From the NCBI GenBank assembly GCA_051013385.1, contig CP143273.1:1664001-1728000 (forward strand): DNA of 64,000 bases. Direction: 5' to 3'. The stretch comes from Phormidium sp. Lineage in GTDB: Bacteria; Cyanobacteriota; Cyanobacteriia; Cyanobacteriales; Aerosakkonemataceae. A program made the translations under genes and the position numbers. The notes under the pieces were generated by a model, which worked only from the letters and a program-made list of their open reading frames with translations, was not told where the DNA came from and ran no database searches. Shown here piece by piece: positions 46,881 through 56,917 of this stretch; positions within the stretch are counted from its first letter, which is position 1, and each line of letters begins with the position of its first letter.

Positions 46881-49493
46881 ATGAAAATCAAGAATTTATT
46901 AATTATCGGTTTGGGAAGTTTATGTTTTTTTGGTGCGATCTGGTGGGAAAAAAATGCCATGTCACTTTCGGCTTTTCCAGAGAGTAAAGTAACTGAAAAG
47001 CGATTAGTTGCTGATAATTCAGTAGGCGATCGCGAAACTCAAGCGGAAAAACTTTATAGCGAGGGAAGGTTTGGGGAGGCGATCGCGCTTTTAGAACAAC
47101 TCAACAATAATTATACTGCTCAAGGCGATCGGTTGGGTCAAGCGAGAGTGGCGAGAAATTTGGCTTTAGTTTATCAACAAACTGGAGATTTATCTAAGGC
47201 TCAGTCAGCAATTACCCAGAGTCTTAATTTGCTGGAAAAGCAAGCTAATAGCAGAGAACGCCAACAAGTTTTCGCGCAAATTTTAGAAGTTCAAGGTCTT
47301 TTACAATTAGCGATCGGGCAGCAGGAAACAGCTTTGGACACTTGGGAAAAAGCCACAAGTAATTATCAAGAAATTGGCGATTTTGCTGGGGTAAGTCGCA
47401 ATCAAATTAATCAATCTCAAGCTTTACAAAGAATCGGTTTATATCGTCAGGCAATTAAAGCTTTGGATGCGTCGAATGTAACTTGGCAAGAGCAACCTGA
47501 TAGTTTAATTAAGGTGAAGGGTTTGCAAAGTTTGGGAGATGCTTTGCGGGTAGTGGGAGAGTTGGACCGATCGCAAAAAGTTTTAGAACAGGGTTTAGCA
47601 ATTGCCCAAAAGTTGAAAGTGGATGATGCGATCGCGGCAATGTTTTTAAGTTTAGGCGAAACAGCGAGATTAGATCAAGAACTACCCACAGCTTTGGATT
47701 ACTATCAAAAGGCAGTGCAAATTACTACTTCTCCATATATTAAAACTCAAGCAATGCTAAATCAATTAAATGTTTTAGTTAATCAAAAAGATGCAAAAAA
47801 AGCAATGGAGTTGGTGCCACAAATCCAAGGTAATTTAACTCAATTACCTTTAAGTAGACAAGCAATTAATACGCGGATAAATTTAGCGAGAAGGTTAATG
47901 CAGCTGAGGAAAGAGGGAAGTAATGGATTATCACTTCCTAGTAATGCGGAAATTGGCAAAATGTTAGCCACCGCAGTACAACAAGCGGAAACTTTACAAG
48001 ACCAACGAACATTATCTTATGCTTTGGGAAATTTGGGGAGGTTGTATGAAGAAAACCAACAATGGGATTTTGCTAAACAATTAACGAATAAAGCTTTACT
48101 GTTATCTCAAAGTGTTAAAGCTACTGATATTAACTTTCGTTGGCAGTGGCAATTAGGCAGAATTAATAAACAACAAGGAAATCGTCAAGGAGCGATCGCA
48201 GCTTATAATCAAGCTGTTGATTCCCTAGAATCTATTCGCAGCGATTTAGTAGCAATTTCCGCAGAAGCTCAGTTCGATTTTCGAGATACTGTAGAACCAG
48301 TTTATCGCGAGTTAGTAGAGCTTCTATTACCAGTTGGAAAAGATGTAGAACAAGCAGATTTGCAAAGAGCAAGGAATTTAATTGATTCTCTACAATTAGC
48401 TGAATTGGATAACTTTTTCCGAGATGCTTGTTTAAAAACCAAAGCTGTTAAAATTGACCAAATCGATCCGAAAGCAGCGGTTTTTTCGACAATTATTTTA
48501 AGTAATACCAGTACTGCCACAGTTAGCGAACGGATAGAAGTAATTGCGGCATTACCTGGAAAACCTTTGCGGCGATATACAACTGTTTTATCTAACCAAG
48601 AAATTGAAGCAACAATAAAAAAAGCCAATGATGCTTTGACTATTCCTCGACTACGACTTTCGCAAAAAAACTATTTAGTTGCAGCTGAGAAATTCCACGA
48701 TTGGTTAATTCGTCCGATTGAAACTGATTTAGCAAATAGTGGAATCAAAACTTTAGTATTTGTCTTAGATGGTTCTTTAAGAAATATCCCGATCGCAGGT
48801 ATTTATGATGGACAAAAGTATTTAGTGCAAAAATACAGTGTGGCGATCGCTCCTGGATTACAATTAGTAGATGCCAAACCTTTAGAGCATAATAATATTA
48901 GAGTGTTAACGGCGGGATTAAGCGAATCGCGTCAAGGATTTGCACCACTTCCTAATGTAATTACAGAATTGAGTGGCATTGCACAGAAAATTAGTACTGA
49001 AAAGCTACTGAATCAATCTTTTACAGCATCTAATTTTAAGACAAAACTGCAAGCTGATACATTTCCGATTATCCATTTAGCAACTCATGGCAAATTTAGT
49101 TCTAAAGCGGCTGATACTTTTATTTTGACTTGGGATACAAAGATTAATGCTAAGGAATTAGATATACTTTTACGTAGCAATCACAGGGTTACTAACCCCA
49201 TTGAATTATTAGTTTTTAGTGCTTGTCAAACTGCTGCTGGAGATAATCGAGCCACTTTAGGATTAACGGGAATTGCTGTGCGGGCTGGAGCAAAAAGTAC
49301 TGTAGCAACTTTGTGGAATGTTGATGATGAAGCTACCGCTTTATTTATGACAAATTTTTACAAAGAGTTAAATAATAGCCAAATTACAAAAGCAGAAGCT
49401 TTACGTCGTGTTCAACAGTTATTTTTGCAGGATGGTCAATTTTCTCATCCCTATTTTTGGTCAGCTTTTGTTTTAGTTGGAAATTGGTTATAG
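46881..49493 (+). CDS. TPR-CHAT domain protein (caspase-like protease)
   Basis: N-terminal hydrophobic segment, TPR repeats, CHAT with catalytic His (IHLATHG) and Cys (LVFSACQTA), VATLW-V-D, HPYFWSAF. Confidence 0.93.
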   Translation: MKIKNLLIIGLGSLCFFGAIWWEKNAMSLSAFPESKVTEKRLVADNSVGDRETQAEKLYSEGRFGEAIALLEQLNNNYTAQGDRLGQARVARNLALVYQQTGDLSKAQSAITQSLNLLEKQANSRERQQVFAQILEVQGLLQLAIGQQETALDTWEKATSNYQEIGDFAGVSRNQINQSQALQRIGLYRQAIKALDASNVTWQEQPDSLIKVKGLQSLGDALRVVGELDRSQKVLEQGLAIAQKLKVDDAIAAMFLSLGETARLDQELPTALDYYQKAVQITTSPYIKTQAMLNQLNVLVNQKDAKKAMELVPQIQGNLTQLPLSRQAINTRINLARRLMQLRKEGSNGLSLPSNAEIGKMLATAVQQAETLQDQRTLSYALGNLGRLYEENQQWDFAKQLTNKALLLSQSVKATDINFRWQWQLGRINKQQGNRQGAIAAYNQAVDSLESIRSDLVAISAEAQFDFRDTVEPVYRELVELLLPVGKDVEQADLQRARNLIDSLQLAELDNFFRDACLKTKAVKIDQIDPKAAVFSTIILSNTSTATVSERIEVIAALPGKPLRRYTTVLSNQEIEATIKKANDALTIPRLRLSQKNYLVAAEKFHDWLIRPIETDLANSGIKTLVFVLDGSLRNIPIAGIYDGQKYLVQKYSVAIAPGLQLVDAKPLEHNNIRVLTAGLSESRQGFAPLPNVITELSGIAQKISTEKLLNQSFTASNFKTKLQADTFPIIHLATHGKFSSKAADTFILTWDTKINAKELDILLRSNHRVTNPIELLVFSACQTAAGDNRATLGLTGIAVRAGAKSTVATLWNVDDEATALFMTNFYKELNNSQITKAEALRRVQQLFLQDGQFSHPYFWSAFVLVGNWL

Positions 49494-49494
49494 A

Positions 49495-49552
49495 GAACAG
49501 GGAACAGGGAACAGGGAACAGGGAACAGGGAACAGGGAATAGGGAATAGGAA
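49495..49552. repeat. STRR-type heptamer repeat (GGGAACA)n
   Basis: gaacagggaacagggaacaggg...gaatagggaatagg. Confidence 0.85.
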
Positions 49553-49586
49553 ATGGCTAATATTCGTAACTAATATTAAATCACCC

Positions 49587-51212
49587 ATGAATAGCCAAGA
49601 TAAAAGAAAGATTTTTCGTAAAGAATCGCTGAGTTATTTATCTACGCCTGAACGGTTAGATGAGTTAATCAAAGTAATTAGCCCTCAAGATTGGATTCCT
49701 TTATTAACATTAGGTGGATTGGTGTTAGTTGGTTTAGTTTGGAGTATTTTTGGTAGAATTCCAATTACGGTTGGGGGTCTTGGGGTTTTATTGCGATCGC
49801 GCCAAGTAGTAGAACTGCAATCGCCAATTTCAGGACAGTTGCAAGAATTAAAAGTCAAAGTGGGTGATTGTCTGCAAAATTCCCAAGGAATTATTGCTAC
49901 TATCGAGCCTTTGGAATTAAAGCAAAAACGAGAATTGGAAATGCAGAAATTAGCGGAATTACAAAAGCAAGACCGGGAGGTGAGTGCGATCGCATTACAA
50001 AGAACTCAACTGGAAAAAGTAGCATTACAGCAACAACAAACCAGCTTACAACAACGTTTGCAAGATGCTCAATCTCTGACTCCATTGCTGAAAAATCAAA
50101 GTACTAGTTCGATCGCTAAACAACGAGAAAGCTTACAACAACGCCTGCAAAACTTACAATCTTTAACCCCTGTTATTCGTAGTAAAAGAAGCGGCGCAAT
50201 TCAACAGAAACGAGAAAGTTTACAACAACGTCTGCGAGATGCTCAAGCTCAAGCTCCAGTACTTAAAGAAAGGCTAGAAATTCGGCAAGGATTAGCAAAA
50301 CAGGGAGCGCTTCCCAAAGATCAAGTATTAGAAGCAGAACGACAATACAGAGATAGTTTGCAAAATGTTGCTGAAGTTCAAGCGCAATTAAAGCAATTAG
50401 ATGTTGATGAAACTCAAGCCGAACAAGCTTACTTAGAAAATCTGAATTCGATCGGTGAAATTCAATCTCAGCTAAAAAAGCTGGAACTTGACAAAACAGA
50501 AGCTGAACAAAGATATGTCGATAATTTGAATAAAATATCCGAAATTACAACCCAGTTAAAAGAGTTAAATACTAAAGAAAAAACCCTAGAACAACAAAAC
50601 TTAGATGCTACAAATAATCGCAAAAATCAAATATTAGAAGTAGACAATCAAGTAAAAGCTTTTGAGCATCAAATTCAAACAAATAGTGTGATTAAAAGCC
50701 CTTATGAGGGATGTATTCTCGAACTTACTGTTAGTAATGGTCAAGTTGTGAATCCGGGAAGTCGCATTGGTTCAATTCAAATTCAAAAATCTGCTCAACC
50801 GCTATTAGCTGTAACCTATTTTCCTGTGAGAGATGGCAAGCAAATTAAACCGGGAATGCCAATTCAAATTACACCCAGTATTGTGAAACGGGAAAGATTT
50901 GGGGGAATTGTGGGAAATGTGGTTTCAGTTTCACCATTTCCAGTTACTAAACAAGGTGCTGCTAGTGTAATTGGTAATTCTGAAATAGTAGAAAGTTTGC
51001 TGTCTCAATCTAAAGAAGCACAGATAGAAGTTTGGGCAGAATTAAAGGAAAATCCTGGTAATTTTAGTGGCTATGAATGGTCTTCTTCTCAAGGGCCATT
51101 AGATGTAAAAATGTCTGCTGGTACTACTACTTCCGCACAAGTTACTGTACAACAAAGGGCACCTATTGAGTTTGTTTTACCTTTTTTGCGCGAATGGAGT
51201 GGTATTAAGTAA
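49587..51212 (+). CDS. NHLP bacteriocin system secretion protein (HlyD family)
   Basis: IFRKE-L--LS-PERLD-L, single TM, WSIFGRIP, long coiled coil, RERFGGI-G, SGYEWSSS-GP, PI-FVLP. Confidence 0.93.
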   Translation: MNSQDKRKIFRKESLSYLSTPERLDELIKVISPQDWIPLLTLGGLVLVGLVWSIFGRIPITVGGLGVLLRSRQVVELQSPISGQLQELKVKVGDCLQNSQGIIATIEPLELKQKRELEMQKLAELQKQDREVSAIALQRTQLEKVALQQQQTSLQQRLQDAQSLTPLLKNQSTSSIAKQRESLQQRLQNLQSLTPVIRSKRSGAIQQKRESLQQRLRDAQAQAPVLKERLEIRQGLAKQGALPKDQVLEAERQYRDSLQNVAEVQAQLKQLDVDETQAEQAYLENLNSIGEIQSQLKKLELDKTEAEQRYVDNLNKISEITTQLKELNTKEKTLEQQNLDATNNRKNQILEVDNQVKAFEHQIQTNSVIKSPYEGCILELTVSNGQVVNPGSRIGSIQIQKSAQPLLAVTYFPVRDGKQIKPGMPIQITPSIVKRERFGGIVGNVVSVSPFPVTKQGAASVIGNSEIVESLLSQSKEAQIEVWAELKENPGNFSGYEWSSSQGPLDVKMSAGTTTSAQVTVQQRAPIEFVLPFLREWSGIK

Positions 51213-51245
51213 TAATAAATAGAAAACAGAATGCAACAAATTGCA

Positions 51246-51547
51246 GATCCCCCTAAATCCCCCTTAACAAGGGGAACTTAAAGGCAAGTTTTATTCCCCC
51301 TTAATAAGGGGGACTTAAAGGCAAGTTTTATTCCCCCTTAATAAGGGGGACTTAAAGGCAAGTTTTATTCCCCTCTGAATAAGGGGGACTTAAAGGCAAG
51401 TTTTATTCCCCTCTGAATAAGGGGACTTAAAGGCAAGTTTTATTCCCCTCTGAATAAGGGGACTTAAAGGCAAGTTTTATTCCCCTCTGAATAAGGGGGA
51501 AAAGGCAAGTCTTGTTCCCCCCTAAATAAGGGGGGCTAGGGGGGATC
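51246..51547. repeat. Tandem array of about 37-bp hairpin units bounded by GATCCCCC...GGGGGATC inverted ends
   Basis: Eight CCCC..AATAAGGGG-type hairpins separated by a near-invariant ACTTAAAGGCAAGTTTTATT linker. Confidence 0.9.
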
Positions 51548-51581
51548 AACTATGTGTAGCAAAGCAAAAGAGTGATTAAAA

Positions 51582-53783
51582 ATGATATTTCAACAAATTA
51601 AATTGCCAATCAAAAATTTAAAACCTAACATCGTCAAGACTCCGACAGTGCTACAAATGGAAGCTGTAGAATGTGGTGCTGCTGCTTTGGGAATGATTTT
51701 AAGTTATTACGGAAAATTTGTACCTTTAGCGGAACTTCGCCAAGAATGTGGGGTGTCTCGTGATGGTATTAATGCAGCTAATTTGTTGAAGGCAGCTAGA
51801 CATTATGGCATGGAAGCAAAAGGTTATAAAAAAGGCTTAGAAGCTTTAAAAGAATTGCCAGTTCCTTATATAGTATTTTGGAATTTTGACCATTTTTTAG
51901 TTGTGGAAGGTTACGATCGCGATCGCGTTTTTCTCAACGATCCAACTAGCGGTAGACGCAAAGTAACTAAACAGGAATTTTCCCAAGCTTACACGGGAGT
52001 TGTATTAGAAATAAAACCAGGGAAGGAGTTTCAAAAAGGGGGACAAAAACGCAATACAATTCTGGCTTTACATTCTCGGTTAAAAAAGTCTTATGATGCA
52101 GTTTTATTGTCTATTTTAGCTGGTTTATTTTTAACTTTTCCCCGGTTAGCGACACCCGCATTTAGTCAAGTTTTTACTGATGAAATTTTGGTGCAAGGTC
52201 GAGAAGATTGGATACGACCTTTATTAATCGGAATGGTGATAACTGCGATCGTGCAAAGTCTTTTAGCCAGATTACGTTTGATATACTTACGGCGATTAAC
52301 AATTAAACTTTCTGTGGTAATGACAGGGCAGTTTATTTGGCATACTTTACGCTTATCAGTGGGATTTTATGCTCAACGTTTTGCAGGTGAAATTGGCAAC
52401 CGTACCGCCATTAATAGTAAAGTTGTCGGTGTAATTAACAGTATTTCTACTACTTTAATTGACAGCATCATGTTAATATTTTATGCTATTTTGATGTTTA
52501 TGTATGATTGGGTGCTAACATTGATGACGATTAGTTTTGCGGCTATTAATATTATTACATTGCAGTTATTACGTCGCTTACGTCTTGATGCTAACTTAAA
52601 AATTAGTCAACAAAGTAGTAAACTTTCTGGGATAACAATAGACAGTTTGCAATCAATTGAAACCGTCAAAGCTTCGGGTTTAGAATCAGATTTATTTGCT
52701 AAATTTGCTGGCTACCACGCTAAAACAATTAACGCCCAACAGGAATTAGCTTTACAAAGTCAAACTTTAACTTTATTACCAACAATTTTAAATTCATTGG
52801 CAACAGCTGCCCTTTTAGTAGTTGGCGGCTTCCGGGTAATGGATGGTAGTTTGACGATCGGAATGTTAGTAGCTTATCAAACTTTAGTCAGCAGCTTTTT
52901 AGCGCCAGTTAATAGTTTAGTTAACTTTGGCAGCACTTTACAAATTTTAGAAGCAGATCTCGATCGCCTTGATGATGTTTTACAAAATCCTGTCGATCCA
53001 GAAGTTGAAAGATCAGAAACAGCCAATCAATTAACTATTAATAATTTTCCATCTTTTAAATTACAAGGATATGTTGAATTACGCAATATTTCTTTTGGCT
53101 ATAATCGCCTAGAAAGTCCTTTAATTGAAAACTTAAATTTATCTTTAAAACCTGGACAACGAGTGGCAATAATTGGTAGTAGTGGTTCTGGGAAATCTAC
53201 CATAGCAAAACTAATCGCAGGTTTATATATTCCTGGGAAAGGCGAAATTTTATTTGATGGCATTTCTCGCCAGCAAATTCCCCGCTTAGTTTTAGCAAAT
53301 TCACTGGCAATGGTTGAACAAGATATCTTTTTATTCAAAGGTTCTGTTCGAGAAAATTTAACACTTTGGAATTCAACTATAAAAGAAGAAAACTTGGTGC
53401 AAGCTTGTCAGGATGCAGCAATTCATGACTTAATTTTATCCAACCTTGGAGGGTATGATGCAGAAATTGCTGAGGGGGGAATTAATTTAAGTGGTGGGCA
53501 ACGTCAACGTTTAGAAATTGCTAGGGCGTTAGTAATGAATCCGAAAATTTTAGTATTAGATGAAGCTACGAGTTTTTTAGATACGGAAACTGAATTAATT
53601 ATCGATCGCAATCTGCGGCGACGTGGTTGTTCTTGCATTGTCATAGCACATCGCCTCAGCACAATTCGCGATTCTGATGAAATTATTGTCCTAGAACGAG
53701 GCACAGTTGTCCAACGAGGAACCCATGAAGAATTACAGCAGCAGGGAGGAACTTATGCTAACTTACTATTAGCTACTAGCTGA
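51582..53783 (+). CDS. NHLP-family ABC transporter with C39 peptidase domain
   Basis: PTVLQMEAVECGAA (catalytic Cys), W-FDHF-V (His), NDP; TM domain; GSSGSGKST; LSGGQRQR; LDEAT. Confidence 0.95.
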   Translation: MIFQQIKLPIKNLKPNIVKTPTVLQMEAVECGAAALGMILSYYGKFVPLAELRQECGVSRDGINAANLLKAARHYGMEAKGYKKGLEALKELPVPYIVFWNFDHFLVVEGYDRDRVFLNDPTSGRRKVTKQEFSQAYTGVVLEIKPGKEFQKGGQKRNTILALHSRLKKSYDAVLLSILAGLFLTFPRLATPAFSQVFTDEILVQGREDWIRPLLIGMVITAIVQSLLARLRLIYLRRLTIKLSVVMTGQFIWHTLRLSVGFYAQRFAGEIGNRTAINSKVVGVINSISTTLIDSIMLIFYAILMFMYDWVLTLMTISFAAINIITLQLLRRLRLDANLKISQQSSKLSGITIDSLQSIETVKASGLESDLFAKFAGYHAKTINAQQELALQSQTLTLLPTILNSLATAALLVVGGFRVMDGSLTIGMLVAYQTLVSSFLAPVNSLVNFGSTLQILEADLDRLDDVLQNPVDPEVERSETANQLTINNFPSFKLQGYVELRNISFGYNRLESPLIENLNLSLKPGQRVAIIGSSGSGKSTIAKLIAGLYIPGKGEILFDGISRQQIPRLVLANSLAMVEQDIFLFKGSVRENLTLWNSTIKEENLVQACQDAAIHDLILSNLGGYDAEIAEGGINLSGGQRQRLEIARALVMNPKILVLDEATSFLDTETELIIDRNLRRRGCSCIVIAHRLSTIRDSDEIIVLERGTVVQRGTHEELQQQGGTYANLLLATS

Positions 53784-53792
53784 TGCCTATTA

Positions 53793-53867
53793 GTAGGGGC
53801 GAAGCATTCCGGCAGTGAATCTCTGCTTCTAATCAATAACTTATCTACCGGAATGCTTCGCCCTTAC
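53793..53867. repeat. GTAG-tagged REP-like element
   Basis: GTAGGGGCGAAGCATTCCGG...CCGGAATGCTTCGCCCTTAC. Confidence 0.75.
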
Positions 53868-53891
53868 CAAATTGGGATACTGCCATTAGCA

Positions 53892-56822
53892 ATGTTAAAT
53901 TCTGATTTATTTAAAGCACTGCATAACTTTAAAGGAAACCAACCTTTACTACTAGATAATCCCCATAAAGTTTGGGTAGTTCAATCTGGTACAATGGCAA
54001 TTTTTGTTACCAAATTTGTAGCAGGAGAAGCAATAGGCGATCGGCATTACTTGTTTACTGTCAATGCAGGAGAAGCATTATTTGGTGTTCCTTTATGGGG
54101 AGAAGAAATACCGGAGAATCTAGAATACGATAAAAATTACCAATCTTTTAATTATGGAATTTTAGCAGTTGCCCTTGAAGAAAGTGTAGTTTTAGAACTA
54201 GATTTTGCCGATTTAATTGCCCAGATAGCAGCAGCTAACAAAGAGGTAATTTTGCTATTGGAAGGTTGGATCGATCGCATCAGTAAATTAGTTGCTAATC
54301 CAACAATATCAGCCACAAAAACCATAGTATCAGTAACAAAATATAGCCAACAGAAGTTATCTAAAGGGCAAGTACTACAAGCATCTTCAAAAATGATTTG
54401 TTGGTTGCAAGTTCATCAAGGTAGTACAGCTTGGATGGGAAAGGAAAAATTAACCTTAGATGCTAAATCTGCTCGCTTTCCCCTCGCTGCTTCTACCTGG
54501 GTAGAATCACTTAATATAGTTGAATTTGACACAATTCCAACTGGGGAAATTAAGGTAGATTTATCTCACAGTTTAGCCTTATTTCATACTTATGCTTGTC
54601 GCTATCTCCAAATCATACTTCAACAGAAATTACAGGCAGAAATTAAACAATTTCAGCAACTACAACAGCTAAATCACCAAGTAACAGAAAATGCTTTTAA
54701 TTACTTAGCTTACGCTTTACAACCGCAAAAATTACAATCAGAAGAAACGCCTTTGTTAATCGCTGCTGGCGCAGTTGCTAAGGCAATGGGAATTACAATT
54801 CGTGCCCCAATTAAATCAGAAAATTTGCAGCGAATAGATCCAGTAGAAGCGATCGCCATAGCCTCTAAAATTCGCATAAGGCGTGTTACCTTAACTGGGC
54901 AATGGTGGAAACAAGAACATAGCCCACTTTTAGCTTTTACAACTGATAACCATCCGGTAGCTTTGTTAGTTGATAAAAGCAAAGGTTATCGTTATTTTTT
55001 GTTCGATCCAGAAACTCGAACTCGCACTTTAGTTAATAGAAGTATTGCCGCTACTTTAGCTTCAGAAGCTTATATATTTTATCCACCTTTACCCCAAGTA
55101 ATTAATCAAGCATTTGAGGTGTTTAAATTTGGCGTAAAAGGCTATGAAACCGAAACAATTAAAATTATCATTGTGGGAATTTTAGGGACAATTTTAGGGA
55201 TGGCGGTTCCCCAAGCTACAGCAATTTTAATTAATCAAGCAATTCCCAATGGCGATCGTCTACTCTTATTACAACTAGCATTAGGTTTATTAGCTGTATC
55301 TTTTGGCAAAACTGCATTTAATTTATATCAAGGATTAGTTGCTTTACGAGTTAGTAACGGAATTAATAGCACTCTGCAAATAGCTGTTTGGGATAGATTA
55401 CTTAGATTAAAACCCTCATTAATCCGGCAATTTACCACAGGTGATTTGTTAGTACGGATTATGTCTATCAGTCAAATTTACAGCATTTTTAGCGGGGCTA
55501 CTCAACGCACTTTATTAAGTGGGTTATTTTCTTTGTTGAACTTAGCATTAATGTTTATTTATGACCTCAAACTAACTTTAGTAGCCATAGCAGTGACTTC
55601 GCTAGCAGTAATTTTAACCATTATTTCTAGTTTGATTTTATTAGGTAAACAGCGAAAACAAGAAGAATTAAGCGGCGAAATTCAAGGATTAATAGTACAA
55701 CTAATTAATGGTGTACCAAAATTGCGAGTAGCAGTAGCAGAATCACGGGCATTTGCAGCTTGGGCAAAAAAATATAGTGAACAAAACCAATTAACTCAGG
55801 AAATTATTCAAGTTAATGATATTGTTTCTGTATTCAACGAACTACTATCTTTAGTTAGTTTGATTTTATTATATTGGTTTGGCTTTTTAGCTATTCAAGG
55901 TTCCCAAACTGGCGAAAGTAGCTTAACACTGGGAACATTTTTGGCATTTAATGCCGCTTTTGGTATATTTTTTGGCGGTGTCACTTCTTTGAGTAATACC
56001 TTAATTCAACTGATAGAAATTGCACCTTTATGGGAGCGATCGCAACCTATTTTACAAGGCAAATTAGAATTTGATGAACAAAAAGCTAATCCCGGTCGTT
56101 TGAGTGGACAAATAAGATTAGAAAATATTACTTTCCGTTACCGAGAAGATAGCCCCATTATTCTTCATGAAGTAAACATCTCCGCCGATCCGGGGGAATT
56201 TATTGCTATTGTTGGCCCTTCTGGAAGTGGTAAATCAACTATTTTTCGCTTATTATTAGGCTTTGAAACTCCTCAAAATGGCAAAGTTTATTATGATGGA
56301 CAAGATTTAGCTGGATTAGATTTACCAGCAGTGCGGCGACAATTAGGAGTTGTTTTACAAAATGGTCGAGTTACCCAAGGTTCGATTTTGGAAAACATTA
56401 CTGGTGGCGCATTAGTGACAGTTGAAGAAGCTTGGGAAGCAGCAAGAATGGCGGGATTAGCTGAAGATATTGAACGAATGCCAATGGGAATACAAACGAT
56501 CGTCAGTGAAGGAGGTAGCAATCTTTCTGGAGGACAAAGACAAAGGTTATTAATTGCGCGATCGCTCATCTTCAAACCGCCAATTATTCTATTAGATGAA
56601 GCTACTAGTTATCTTGATAATAGCACTCAAGCAATAGTGACAGAAAGCTTAGAAAAAATGAATGCAACAAGAATAATTATTGCCCATCGTTTGAGCACAA
56701 TTCGCCATGCCGATCGCATTTACGTCTTAGAATCAGGTCGCATATTACAAGTCGGTTCTTTTGCCGAATTAGTTCAACAACCAGGACTATTTGCTAAGTT
56801 AGTAGCCCGACAATTAGAGTGA
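53892..56822 (+). CDS. NHLP bacteriocin export ABC transporter permease/ATPase (ORF-track start 53853 lies in a repeat)
   Basis: N-terminal extension (GNQPLLLD-P--VWVV-SG), IA-AS-IR-R-V-L---WW, GPSGSGKST, LSGGQRQR, C-terminal RQL. Confidence 0.93.
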   Translation: MLNSDLFKALHNFKGNQPLLLDNPHKVWVVQSGTMAIFVTKFVAGEAIGDRHYLFTVNAGEALFGVPLWGEEIPENLEYDKNYQSFNYGILAVALEESVVLELDFADLIAQIAAANKEVILLLEGWIDRISKLVANPTISATKTIVSVTKYSQQKLSKGQVLQASSKMICWLQVHQGSTAWMGKEKLTLDAKSARFPLAASTWVESLNIVEFDTIPTGEIKVDLSHSLALFHTYACRYLQIILQQKLQAEIKQFQQLQQLNHQVTENAFNYLAYALQPQKLQSEETPLLIAAGAVAKAMGITIRAPIKSENLQRIDPVEAIAIASKIRIRRVTLTGQWWKQEHSPLLAFTTDNHPVALLVDKSKGYRYFLFDPETRTRTLVNRSIAATLASEAYIFYPPLPQVINQAFEVFKFGVKGYETETIKIIIVGILGTILGMAVPQATAILINQAIPNGDRLLLLQLALGLLAVSFGKTAFNLYQGLVALRVSNGINSTLQIAVWDRLLRLKPSLIRQFTTGDLLVRIMSISQIYSIFSGATQRTLLSGLFSLLNLALMFIYDLKLTLVAIAVTSLAVILTIISSLILLGKQRKQEELSGEIQGLIVQLINGVPKLRVAVAESRAFAAWAKKYSEQNQLTQEIIQVNDIVSVFNELLSLVSLILLYWFGFLAIQGSQTGESSLTLGTFLAFNAAFGIFFGGVTSLSNTLIQLIEIAPLWERSQPILQGKLEFDEQKANPGRLSGQIRLENITFRYREDSPIILHEVNISADPGEFIAIVGPSGSGKSTIFRLLLGFETPQNGKVYYDGQDLAGLDLPAVRRQLGVVLQNGRVTQGSILENITGGALVTVEEAWEAARMAGLAEDIERMPMGIQTIVSEGGSNLSGGQRQRLLIARSLIFKPPIILLDEATSYLDNSTQAIVTESLEKMNATRIIIAHRLSTIRHADRIYVLESGRILQVGSFAELVQQPGLFAKLVARQLE

Positions 56823-56915
56823 GGGAACGGGGGACAAGGGGACAAGGGGACAAGGGGACAAGGATAATTTTTATCTTCTGCCTTGGAGCCTTCTGCCTTG
56901 GAGCCTTCTGCCTTT
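56823..56915. repeat. Short tandem repeats (GGGGACAA)n and (CTTCTGCCTTGGAGC)n between convergent genes
   Basis: Directly visible. Confidence 0.75.
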
Positions 56916-56917
56916 TA

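Noticed and set aside
51246..51547. CRISPR array (37-bp periodic hairpins)
   Set aside because: The intervening sequences are near-identical rather than unique spacers, and no cas genes are present.
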